The notes under the pieces are model-generated. The model searched no databases and was not told where the DNA came from. It saw only the letters and a list, made by a program, of their open reading frames with translations. From Limnochordia bacterium (GTDB lineage: Bacteria > Bacillota > Limnochordia > DTU080), in contig JBMNJG010000011.1 in assembly GCA_050951545.1 (NCBI GenBank), positions 96,001 through 160,000 of the forward strand: a stretch of 64,000 nt of DNA, given 5' to 3'. This document shows positions 1 through 8,363 of this stretch, piece after piece. The number at the start of each line of letters is the position of its first letter. Position 1 is the stretch's first letter. Position numbers and translations under genes: made by a program.

Positions 1-803
1 ATTCTACCTGCTTCGACCATAAGGAAGAAGCCGCTTGGGGCGTGTGATAGCACACCCAGAGCGGCTTTCGTCATGTCCGCGATGGAGGGTTCGGTGGTGG
101 TGGGTCGGCGGTCAAAGGTGTAGGTCATCGCTGCGCTACCTACACCGCCGAAAAGGCCTAGCACCAGTTGTGGGGCGAGTGTTGCTAGTTCTCGGTGGTC
201 GCTCACAACTCGGTAGCCTCGCTCTTGCGCTTCTTCCAGAAGGTGGCGACCGTCTGTGCGTTTGCCTCCCAGGTCCTCAGGGAGAAAGTAGGCGGCCCCA
301 GCACCCATGATGATACTCTGACCAGCATTGAGAGCCTGAGCAGCGATCTCGGTGTATTCCGTGCGGCTTTTGACGTGGGCGACAAACGCGGCGGGCGTAG
401 CATGGGCTGGGTGTGTGGTGGTAATGGTGCCTGTCGCTCTACCTGCCTCTTTAGCGGCCTCCAGGATGGTCTTCTTAGGCAAGCCATCGGGGGTGACACC
501 GATCATGCCGTTGTTGGTCTTGTAGCCAGTAGCCAGAGCTGTTGCCGCGGCCGCTGAGTCTGTGACGGCATGGCTCGCCGCCCGAGTACTCAAGGCGGCC
601 TGTACTGGTAAGGTCTCCATCACCAGGGAATCGCCCTTGTATGCCGCGGCGAGTCTTACCTGATGTGGTCCCATCCCGTCGCCAATCATCAGGATTACCG
701 ATCTGACCGCAGGCTCGGCTTGGCCAGCGGTTGACAGAATCGTCAGCAGCATCAGGCAGACAAACAGCACAAGGCTTCGAAGGCGGGTGCGTGGTACGCT
801 CAT
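1..803 (-). CDS. phoA: Alkaline phosphatase, N-terminal part (runs off the window start)
   Basis: Not in the ORF track. Manual translation from ATG 803 gives a signal peptide, then VILMIGDGMG, VTDSAAAATALATGYKTNNG (catalytic Ser), HATPAAF and FFLMVEAGR. Confidence 0.9.
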   Translation of the reverse strand, partial: MSVPRTRLRSLVLFVCLMLLTILSTAGQAEPAVRSVILMIGDGMGPHQVRLAAAYKGDSLVMETLPVQAALSTRAASHAVTDSAAAATALATGYKTNNGMIGVTPDGLPKKTILEAAKEAGRATGTITTTHPAHATPAAFVAHVKSRTEYTEIAAQALNAGQSIIMGAGAAYFLPEDLGGKRTDGRHLLEEAQERGYRVVSDHRELATLAPQLVLGLFGGVGSAAMTYTFDRRPTTTEPSIADMTKAALGVLSHAPSGFFLMVEAGR

Positions 804-966
804 GTTCGTCCCTCCGCTTTTAGTGGCAGTAAGCATTTTCGAACACCCCTCCGATAGTCCTGCCTTCTCGTTGGCCAAGAAGGATGTCCTGACGGGAGGA
901 AGAACCAGGATGAAAAGAGTACTTCTCTATAAGAGCCGATGCTCAACCATACAAGGGGGGCTGGTT

Positions 967-1896
967 ATGCGTATGTGGTGTCATTCGAGAAGTGCGTTGA
1001 CAGTCCGGATCATGCTCACGGTTGGTTGTATCTGGGGTATGCTCACGCTCTCGACCTTGGCTGCTGATCTGGAACTCATCGGCAGCGGGGTAGTATCATC
1101 GCCATCGAGCAGTGGGCGAGGATTGAGCCTTTCGCCAGACGCGAAGAGCTTGTACGCGGCTGGCATACAGGATCGCTGGCTCGTGAAGCTTGACTTGGCA
1201 TCACAGAAGGTTGTCGCTACGGCTGATCTCACGAAGGTGCATCCCGGGGCCTATGGCAAGGCGGTCTGGGTCGATGCCGAAGGCAGCGTATGGGCGCCTT
1301 TGACCGAGCCGATCTTGGCAGTCTACTCAGCGGACCTAGAGCTGAAGACTTCCTACAATCTGTCAGCCCATGGCGTCGTCGCTCCTGAAGGGGCTGCGGT
1401 CTCACCCGCAGGTGACGTATACGTTACTGACCGCAAAGGGCGTGGCGGCGTCTTCAAATTCCGCATGGAAAATGGGGCTTTAGTTCCAGCAAAAGAGTGG
1501 GGCACTGACGGTCACGTGAGCGTCGGTAAGGATCTCAGGCAGCCCACGATCACCCCAGCAGGCGATCTCTTGGTGGGTTCATTCGGTGACAAAGGGATCT
1601 ACCTAATTCGGGCGGCAGACGGGCAGCTTTCGGTTGTGAACGAGAAGATCAGTGATCCCTATCATATGGCCACTGATGCTTCGGGTCAGATCTACGTGGC
1701 ACATTACGGTCGCTTTGATGTGGCTGTAAGCGTGTTGAACGCCGATGGTTCGGTGACCAAAACGTGGACTCCGGCGAACTTGCAGATGCAGACGGAAACC
1801 TCTGGTATCGAGGTTAGTGCGGATGGGACTGTTCTTTATGTGCTTGATCAGCGTACGGGTCAGGGCGGCATAGCGCGTATATTCAAGGTGAAGTAA
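967..1896 (+). CDS. Secreted beta-propeller protein (NHL/YncE/SMP-30-like)
   Basis: G-rich RBS before ATG 967, signal peptide, repeated blades (GLSLSPD, GAAVSPAGDVYVTD, HMATDASGQIYVA, GIEVSADG). Confidence 0.7.
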   Translation: MRMWCHSRSALTVRIMLTVGCIWGMLTLSTLAADLELIGSGVVSSPSSSGRGLSLSPDAKSLYAAGIQDRWLVKLDLASQKVVATADLTKVHPGAYGKAVWVDAEGSVWAPLTEPILAVYSADLELKTSYNLSAHGVVAPEGAAVSPAGDVYVTDRKGRGGVFKFRMENGALVPAKEWGTDGHVSVGKDLRQPTITPAGDLLVGSFGDKGIYLIRAADGQLSVVNEKISDPYHMATDASGQIYVAHYGRFDVAVSVLNADGSVTKTWTPANLQMQTETSGIEVSADGTVLYVLDQRTGQGGIARIFKVK

Positions 1897-1962
1897 AGAA
1901 GACCATAGATTCTCGGTGCGCTGGCGTCGAAGCAACGGGTCAGTTGTGAGGGGGCGTACTTA

Positions 1963-2967
1963 GTGGTGCGGTTGTTGAACGTGTTTTATCCGGGCGAAGA
2001 ACGATTCTTGGCCACGTTTCCTACTCCGCTGTTGGATGAGTTGCGAAGCTTGGTTGACTATCGGGCTATACCTAGGCCAGCTCGGGGAGAGATGCAGGAT
2101 CCTACGTACCTGGCGGAGCTGTATCAGGCTGAGATCTTGCTTACTGGGTGGGGAACGCCTCTGCTGCCCACCGACTTGGCTCAGAGGGGCAAACTCAAGT
2201 ACATCTGTCATGTCACAGGGGGCGTGCGCGGCATGATCCCGCGGGAGCTTTTTGAGCAGGGCGTGCTGGTGACCAATTGGGGCTCGGCAATCAGTCGGAC
2301 AGTGGCTGAGGCCTCACTCATGATGATTCTCGCCTGTCTTCGGCGTGTACGCCCCATTCAAGAAGAGTTGCACAATCGCGGCGGCTATCGCAGCGTACCG
2401 CAGCCCGGTAGCCTGTTTGAACGGCGGGTAGGTTTGCTAGGCTTCGGCGCTATCGCTCGCGAACTGGTCTCCTTACTGCGTCCGTTTGATGTCGAGATTA
2501 GGGCCTATGATCCTTATGTGCCTGAGGAGCGTTTCTCTGCCCTAGGCGTTGAACGTGTGGGGAACGTGCGTACGCTGTTCGAGGTATCTGACATCATTTC
2601 CCTGCATGCAGCGCGTACGGAAGAAACCTCTGGGGTAGTAAACAAAGAGCTCCTGCGCTTGCTACCTGATGACGGGGTCTTGGTGAACACTGCCCGGGGG
2701 GCACTTATTGATGAGGACGACTTAGCGGCAGAATTGCGGGCGGGCCGTCTGTGGGTCGGGCTGGACGTGTACCAGCGAGAGCCTTTAGCTGCTGATTCGC
2801 CGCTACGAGAACTCGAACGTCTGTTGTTATTCCCGCATCAGGCGGGTCCTACTCCCGATCGCTGGATCGATATGGGTCGGATGGCAGTGGCCAATATCCG
2901 CCGTTATCTGGCTAACGAGCCTGTGTTGGCGCAAGTGACAGCGGAGCAGTATGACATTATGACCTGA
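1963..2967 (+). CDS. D-2-hydroxyacid dehydrogenase family protein
   Basis: VGLLGFGAIA Rossmann motif, LVNTARG, LDVYQREP, PHQAG. Confidence 0.9.
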   Translation: MVRLLNVFYPGEERFLATFPTPLLDELRSLVDYRAIPRPARGEMQDPTYLAELYQAEILLTGWGTPLLPTDLAQRGKLKYICHVTGGVRGMIPRELFEQGVLVTNWGSAISRTVAEASLMMILACLRRVRPIQEELHNRGGYRSVPQPGSLFERRVGLLGFGAIARELVSLLRPFDVEIRAYDPYVPEERFSALGVERVGNVRTLFEVSDIISLHAARTEETSGVVNKELLRLLPDDGVLVNTARGALIDEDDLAAELRAGRLWVGLDVYQREPLAADSPLRELERLLLFPHQAGPTPDRWIDMGRMAVANIRRYLANEPVLAQVTAEQYDIMT

Positions 2968-2984
2968 TGTTTCCAGGTTGAGGA

Positions 2985-3016
2985 AGGGCCCTGGCTTCGT
3001 AACTGGGGCCTTTTTT
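2985..3016 (+). terminator. Intrinsic terminator
   Basis: AGGGCCCTGG/CTGGGGCCTT stem (with G-U pairs) followed by a T run. Confidence 0.7.
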
Positions 3017-3118
3017 CGCGTCAGTTCGGCAGGAGTCGGGACGCGAATCGGGTATCATAACATGTTAGCAACGAAAGCGAAGACGGTGGTCTTCTACTAC
3101 GAGTGGAGATGGTCTACT

Positions 3119-4483
3119 ATGTCCGGAGTGCACAGCAACGTCGACGGCCCGGGGCCTGTTCGGGTTCTTATTCTTGGGGCCGCTGGCCGCGACTTCCACA
3201 ATTTCAATACGTTCTATCGCAATAACCCTCGTTATCGGGTGGTGGCTTTTACTGCCACCCAGATTCCCGACATCGCGGGGCGTCTGTATCCGGCCGTCTT
3301 GGCTGGCGAGGGCTACCCAGAAGGTATTCCGATTCTGCCTGAATCAGAGATGGCCGATATCATCCGGGAGCAGCAGGTCGACGAGGTCGTCTTCGCCTAT
3401 AGCGACGTCTCTCACATGAATCTCATGCACGTCGCGTCACAAGCTATGGCCTGCGGAGCCGATTTTCATCTGCTTGGTCCGAAGAGCACCATGATCAAGG
3501 CCAAGGTTCCCGTTGTCTCTGTAACGGCCGTACGGACAGGCGCTGGTAAGAGCCAGACGACGCGCCGGGTAGCTGAGTTCCTCACGCAACAAGGCCTGAA
3601 GGTGGTTGTTATTCGCCACCCCATGCCCTACGGCAAACTAGAGGAGCAGGCGGTTCAGCGTTTCGCAAACTACGCTGATCTGGACAGGCATCAGTGCACG
3701 ATAGAGGAGCGCGAGGAGTACGAACCACACATCGACAGGGGTAACATTGTCTACGCAGGAGTAGACTACGGTGCCATTTTGGAACAGGCTCAGGCTGAGG
3801 CGGATTGTATCTTGTGGGATGGGGGAAACAACGATTTCTCCTTCTACCAGTCTGACCTCTTGATCACAGTGGTCGACCCGCACCGTCCCGGGCACGAGAC
3901 CTCCTACCATCCTGGCGAGACAAATCTACGTATGGCGGACGTCATTCTCATCAACAAGGTGGATTCGGCTACTCCTGAGCAGGTCACCGCGGTGCGCGAG
4001 ACCGCAGCACGTTTGAACCCACAGGCGGTCATCATCGAGGCTGCCTCTCCCATTACGGTAGACAATCCCGAGGCCATTAGGGGCAAGAGGGTTGTCGTGG
4101 TAGAGGATGGCCCGACACTCACGCATGGTGGCATGGCCTATGGCGCAGGCGTCATCGCTGCCCGAAATGCGCAGGCTACCTTGGTAGACCCGCGTCCGTA
4201 TGCAGTCGGTTCATTGCAGGCTACGTTCGCGAAGTACTCGCACCTGGCAGATCTACTGCCAGCTATGGGCTACGGTGCCCAGCAAATTCGCGAGCTGGAG
4301 CAGAGCATCAACAACACTCCAGCTGATGTGGCCGTGATTGGTACGCCCATTGATCTGGGACGAATCCTCAAGCTCACCAAGCCCGCCGTGCGTGTGCGCT
4401 ATGAGCTGGAGGAGCTGGGCAAGCCATCGCTGGCAGACATACTCCGGGAAAAGATACTGCACAAGGTGTCCAGACGAGGCTAG
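3119..4483 (+). CDS. COG2403 P-loop NTPase (cyclic 2,3-diphosphoglycerate synthetase-like / arginine synthetase ArcE-like)
   Basis: GAAGRDFHNFN, AFTATQIP, Walker A VRTGAGKS, RHPMPYG, CTIEEREEYE, WDGGNND, VEDGPTLTHGG. Confidence 0.8.
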   Translation: MSGVHSNVDGPGPVRVLILGAAGRDFHNFNTFYRNNPRYRVVAFTATQIPDIAGRLYPAVLAGEGYPEGIPILPESEMADIIREQQVDEVVFAYSDVSHMNLMHVASQAMACGADFHLLGPKSTMIKAKVPVVSVTAVRTGAGKSQTTRRVAEFLTQQGLKVVVIRHPMPYGKLEEQAVQRFANYADLDRHQCTIEEREEYEPHIDRGNIVYAGVDYGAILEQAQAEADCILWDGGNNDFSFYQSDLLITVVDPHRPGHETSYHPGETNLRMADVILINKVDSATPEQVTAVRETAARLNPQAVIIEAASPITVDNPEAIRGKRVVVVEDGPTLTHGGMAYGAGVIAARNAQATLVDPRPYAVGSLQATFAKYSHLADLLPAMGYGAQQIRELEQSINNTPADVAVIGTPIDLGRILKLTKPAVRVRYELEELGKPSLADILREKILHKVSRRG

Positions 4484-4509
4484 TCCTCTTACAGATGGCG
4501 ACAGACTGC

Positions 4510-4541
4510 AAGGCGCGTGGTGAATTGGGGCCACGCGCCTT
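4510..4541. terminator. Hairpin between convergent genes
   Basis: AAGGCGCGTGG / CCACGCGCCTT perfect 11-bp inverted repeat. Confidence 0.65.
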
Positions 4542-4613
4542 TCTGAAAAGGGTCACCTGCGGTCATGCCCACAGTACTAAGCTGATAGGCTTCTCGTTCC
4601 TCCTAGTGTATCC

Positions 4614-6002
4614 TCAAGACTCACCGAAGGCCTTCTTCGGGCCACGCGTCACGGCTTTGGAGCGCCAACGTCCACTGCGGTAGTATGTGAGATGCAGTAG
4701 GAAGCCCGAAAAGGCACTGATGGCGATGGCTGTCCAAACCCCAGAGATGCCGTATCCCTGCTGAACTAGATGGCGCGCCAGAGGCACCCGAACGCCCCAT
4801 AGCGACAGCAGCGATAGCACCATGGTGGCCATGGTATCTCCCGTTCCTCGCAAAACACCACCTAGCGTGAACATCAACGCCAACGGGATGTAGGCGAGGC
4901 TCATATATCGCAGGTAGCGTGCTCCTTCAGCTAGAACCCCAACGTCTTTCGTGAACATCGACAGCAGCAGATTGGGGCTGAAGATCGCCACCAGACTGAC
5001 CAATGCGGTGATGCTGGCCGCTAGCATAAGGGCCCACTTAACGGTTTCTCTTACGCGATCATCTCGATCCGCCCCCAGGTTCTGCCCGACCAAGGCGGAA
5101 GCGGCCGCACCCACACTCATCGCTGGCATGAAGGCGAATTGGTCCAAGCGCGCTGCTGACCCAAACGCGGCCACGACTGTGGCGCCAAACGAGTTGACGA
5201 TGGAGTTGACCACCAAGGCACTCAGTGAGACAAGCACCTGCTGAAGACCAGCCGGGAGCCCAATGCGAAACGTCAGTCTGGTGATACCCCAGTCTGGTCT
5301 GAAGGTACCCGGCTGGTAGGTGACAATGCCTGAGCGCGCGTAGAGGTAGTGTAGAGCGAGAATCGCGGAAATGCCTTGTGCAATCACTGTAGCCAGCGCT
5401 GCACCGCTCACACCCATCGCCGGGATAGGCCCTAAGCCAAAGATGAGTAGTGGGTCAAGAAACACGTTGATCACTGTGGCGTAGATGAGGAAGCGCAGGG
5501 GGGTTCGCGAGTCACCGAGCCCTCGCAAGATGGCTCCAGCGGTGTTGTACAAAAACATGACGATCAGGCCGGATAGGTAGATCCCCAGATAAGAAGAGGC
5601 CTGATCGATGATCTCTGCGGGAGTGTTGATCAGCCGCAGTAAGGGTGTGCGGAAGGCGAATCCCAAGACAGAGACAACTCCGCCCAAGACTGTCAGCATA
5701 AGCAGCGAGTTGTTGACAGTCTTCATCACACGTTCGTGCTGGCCAGCGCCGAAGTACTGGGCGACCAAAATGGTCGAGGCCATGGCAATGCCCATGACTA
5801 GAGCTACCATCGCAAAGATGACTGGAAAACCTACTGAAACAGCAGCTAGGGCGTTTGCTCCTAGAAAGCGGCCCACCCAGATGCTGTCGACCGTGTTATA
5901 GAAAGCCTGCAGTAGGTTCCCTAGAAACATCGGTGCCGAGAAAGCGATGAGATGTCTGGGGATGCTCCCTTCCGTGAAATTCGTGATCTGTTTGCTCTGC
6001 AC
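4614..6002 (-). CDS. MATE family efflux transporter
   Basis: FTEGSIPRHL, NTVDSIWVG, RGLGDSRTPL, NVFLDPLLI, about 12 TM segments. GTG start at 6002 after GGAG RBS. Confidence 0.9.
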   Translation of the reverse strand: MQSKQITNFTEGSIPRHLIAFSAPMFLGNLLQAFYNTVDSIWVGRFLGANALAAVSVGFPVIFAMVALVMGIAMASTILVAQYFGAGQHERVMKTVNNSLLMLTVLGGVVSVLGFAFRTPLLRLINTPAEIIDQASSYLGIYLSGLIVMFLYNTAGAILRGLGDSRTPLRFLIYATVINVFLDPLLIFGLGPIPAMGVSGAALATVIAQGISAILALHYLYARSGIVTYQPGTFRPDWGITRLTFRIGLPAGLQQVLVSLSALVVNSIVNSFGATVVAAFGSAARLDQFAFMPAMSVGAAASALVGQNLGADRDDRVRETVKWALMLAASITALVSLVAIFSPNLLLSMFTKDVGVLAEGARYLRYMSLAYIPLALMFTLGGVLRGTGDTMATMVLSLLSLWGVRVPLARHLVQQGYGISGVWTAIAISAFSGFLLHLTYYRSGRWRSKAVTRGPKKAFGES

Positions 6003-6010
6003 TCCATCGA

Positions 6011-6080
6011 CTCCTTTGACAATGATGTGATGCTGTGCGGGCATGTCGGCGGCGGCAGACACGCGTACTCCCTTGCGTGC
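6011..6080 (-). repeat. Intercistronic hairpin element, copy A
   Basis: 6032-6053 is identical to 45524-45545 (22 nt); 6058-6071 is identical to 45564-45577. Confidence 0.8.
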
Positions 6081-6148
6081 GTCTCGCAGTAGTATGCCGT
6101 AGGTTAGCTGCTGAGTCAAGGTAGGGAGGGGCTCGGGGAAGGGCTGAT

Positions 6149-7597
6149 TCAACAAGAAGCGGGCGTCGTAGCGCAGACATGCCTAGCTACGTGGATTCCT
6201 GAAGCGGAGGCCTGGGCTAGGCTGCGTGTGATACCTGCGCCGTCGCCAATGGCGTATAGCCCTGCAATGGCCGTCTCGAGGCTGCGAGTGAGCCGGGGGC
6301 GAGCGCTGTAGAGTTTGGCTTCGACGCCGTAGAAAAGCGTGTGTTCGGAGGCGATGCCGGGGGTCACCTTATTCAGCGCTTGTATCATCTCCAACAGTGC
6401 TTTCATGGTGTTGTAGGGAAGAACGAGTCCCAGATCTCCGGGAACCGCCTCCTTGAGGGTTGGCTCTATGAAGCCTTCCTGGATACGTTTCACGGTCGAA
6501 CGGCGACTGCGCAGGATATCACCACATTTTTGTACGATCACCGATCCGTTGGAGAGATCGTTGGCCCTTCGGCTGATCTCTTTCGCGTATTCAATCGGCT
6601 TGTCGAAGGGTTCCGTAAAGACGTGGGAAACCAGGAGGGCGAAGTTGGTATTGGGGCTTCCCAGACTTGGGTCATGAAAAGCATGTCCATTTGCCGTCAT
6701 GACACCCGAGTGGTTTTCGATGACGACATGACCGCTTGGATTGGAGCAGAAGGTGCGGACCCGTGTGCCCACCGAGGAGTTGAAGATGAACTTCGCCTCG
6801 TAAAGGTACTCGTTGAGCTCGTGCATGATCACATTGGTGGTTTCCACGCGCACCCCAATATCCACTTGGTTGCTGCTCATCGTCAATCCATGCGATTTGA
6901 GCACACTGGACAGCCACTCAGCGCCGTCACGGCCGGGGGCCAGGATGACCTTCTCCGCGAGCAGCTCCTCTCCGTCGGTAAGAATGACACCTTTGATCAC
7001 GTCATTGTGTTCCCGGTTTTCCACGAGGATGTCTTGGACCTGAGTTCTAAAGCGGATCTCGACGCGCTGACTCAGGGTCTCATAGAGGTTTTTCAGGATC
7101 TTGAGGTTCTCCTCGGTTCCCAGATGTCTGACGCGTGCCTTGAGCAGCTTGAGTCCTGCAGAGGCGGCGCGGCGTTCTATGGAGGCTACTTCTGGGGTGT
7201 CAGGGTTGGTAGCGGACGTGGTGGCACCGTGATCCAGGTTGATCCGATCTGCGTACTCGATGAGCTGGAGCACTTTCGATGGGGCCATGTACTCCTGCAG
7301 CCAGCCTCCAAACTGCGTGGTGAGGTTGAACTTACCATCGCTGTAGGCGCCTGCGCCTCCCCAACCCGTGGTAATGGAGCAGGCCGGAACACATCCCGCA
7401 TACTCTTTGCCGTTGACTGCAGGGGGACACTTGCTCGTTTTGCCATCGAGGATCGGGCAACTCCGACTCTCGAGGCGGCGTCCTTTTTCAAGGATCAGTA
7501 CCCTAAGACGTGGATTGAGGAGCGTCAGCTCATAGGCGGCGAAAATGGAAGCTGGTCCAGCTCCGACAATGATGACGTCGTATGACATGTAAGTCAC
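6149..7597 (-). CDS. FAD-dependent oxidoreductase (COG2509-like)
   Basis: IIVGAGPAS, GWGGAGAYSDGK, VRTFCSNP, GDGAGITR. Confidence 0.85.
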   Translation of the reverse strand: MTYMSYDVIIVGAGPASIFAAYELTLLNPRLRVLILEKGRRLESRSCPILDGKTSKCPPAVNGKEYAGCVPACSITTGWGGAGAYSDGKFNLTTQFGGWLQEYMAPSKVLQLIEYADRINLDHGATTSATNPDTPEVASIERRAASAGLKLLKARVRHLGTEENLKILKNLYETLSQRVEIRFRTQVQDILVENREHNDVIKGVILTDGEELLAEKVILAPGRDGAEWLSSVLKSHGLTMSSNQVDIGVRVETTNVIMHELNEYLYEAKFIFNSSVGTRVRTFCSNPSGHVVIENHSGVMTANGHAFHDPSLGSPNTNFALLVSHVFTEPFDKPIEYAKEISRRANDLSNGSVIVQKCGDILRSRRSTVKRIQEGFIEPTLKEAVPGDLGLVLPYNTMKALLEMIQALNKVTPGIASEHTLFYGVEAKLYSARPRLTRSLETAIAGLYAIGDGAGITRSLAQASASGIHVARHVCATTPASC

Positions 7598-8076
7598 CTT
7601 CTTGGTATAGCGTAGCGGTTTAGTATAGGCACTATCCGCTCAAGACCCACGGCGTCGTCAGAGCAAAAGCGCGCTGGTATCGGACTATCTACATCGAGCA
7701 CACCGATCAGGCTTTCACCGGAGATCCAGGGCATGACAAGCTCGGAGCGCGACGCCACATCACAGGCGATATGCCCGGGAAAGCGATGCACATCTGACAC
7801 CACAATGGTTTGTCGTGTCTGGGCGGCAGTGCCACAGACCCCCCGCCCCAGCGGAATGCGTACACAAGCTGGCTTTCCCTGGAAGGGCCCCAACACGAGC
7901 TCTTCGCCTTGCATCAGGTAGAACCCGACCCAATTGGTCTCAGCCAACTCATGATACAGCAAGGCAGCCGCATTCGCCAGATTGGCTAGCCAGTCGCTTT
8001 CGGAGCCTATCAGAGCCTCGAGATGCGCCGCGAGTGTCTCGTAGAACGCCGCTGTAACTCTCCTACGTTCCGACAT
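7594..8076 (-). CDS. msrC: GAF-domain free methionine-R-sulfoxide reductase
   Basis: NWVGFY, LGPFQGKPAC, GRGVCG, FPGHIACD, GVLDVDS. ATG 8076 after GGAGG. Confidence 0.88.
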   Translation of the reverse strand: MSERRRVTAAFYETLAAHLEALIGSESDWLANLANAAALLYHELAETNWVGFYLMQGEELVLGPFQGKPACVRIPLGRGVCGTAAQTRQTIVVSDVHRFPGHIACDVASRSELVMPWISGESLIGVLDVDSPIPARFCSDDAVGLERIVPILNRYAIPRR

Positions 8077-8085
8077 AGATGCTGA

Positions 8086-8184
8086 CCTCCCGGTAAATCG
8101 TGTTACGCCGTGCGGGTATGTCGGCAGCTGCTCCCAGTGGTCACCGTCTGTTACAGAGTCACTACCTGCCGACAATGCGCACCC
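8086..8184 (-). repeat. Intercistronic hairpin element, copy B (long loop)
   Basis: 8098-8131 matches 45515-45548 at 31/34 nt; stem TGTCGGCAG/CTGCCGACA. Confidence 0.8.
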
Positions 8185-8282
8185 TCTCTTCATGATCCCT
8201 TCGCCGCATAGGTCTTGTACCCTGGGAGAGAGAAGTCACACTGAGGCTTGACGTTACACCCGTGGTGTTTTCCTACGTGCAG

Positions 8283-8323
8283 ACAGGTATTTCCCGACAT
8301 TGTGCGAAGAGATCTATTATAAT
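8283..8323 (+). promoter_or_regulatory. Putative promoter(s) of the STAND operon
   Basis: ACAGGT-N17-GAAG (8283-8309, sigma-H-like) and TATAAT at 8318-8323. Confidence 0.45.
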
Positions 8324-8363
8324 CGCATGTTACTCGAAAAACATCTCGCGAGGAGTGGGCATC

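Noticed and set aside
6341-7585. 414-aa plus-strand ORF
   Set aside because: Antisense shadow of the FAD oxidoreductase in GC-rich DNA; no motifs.
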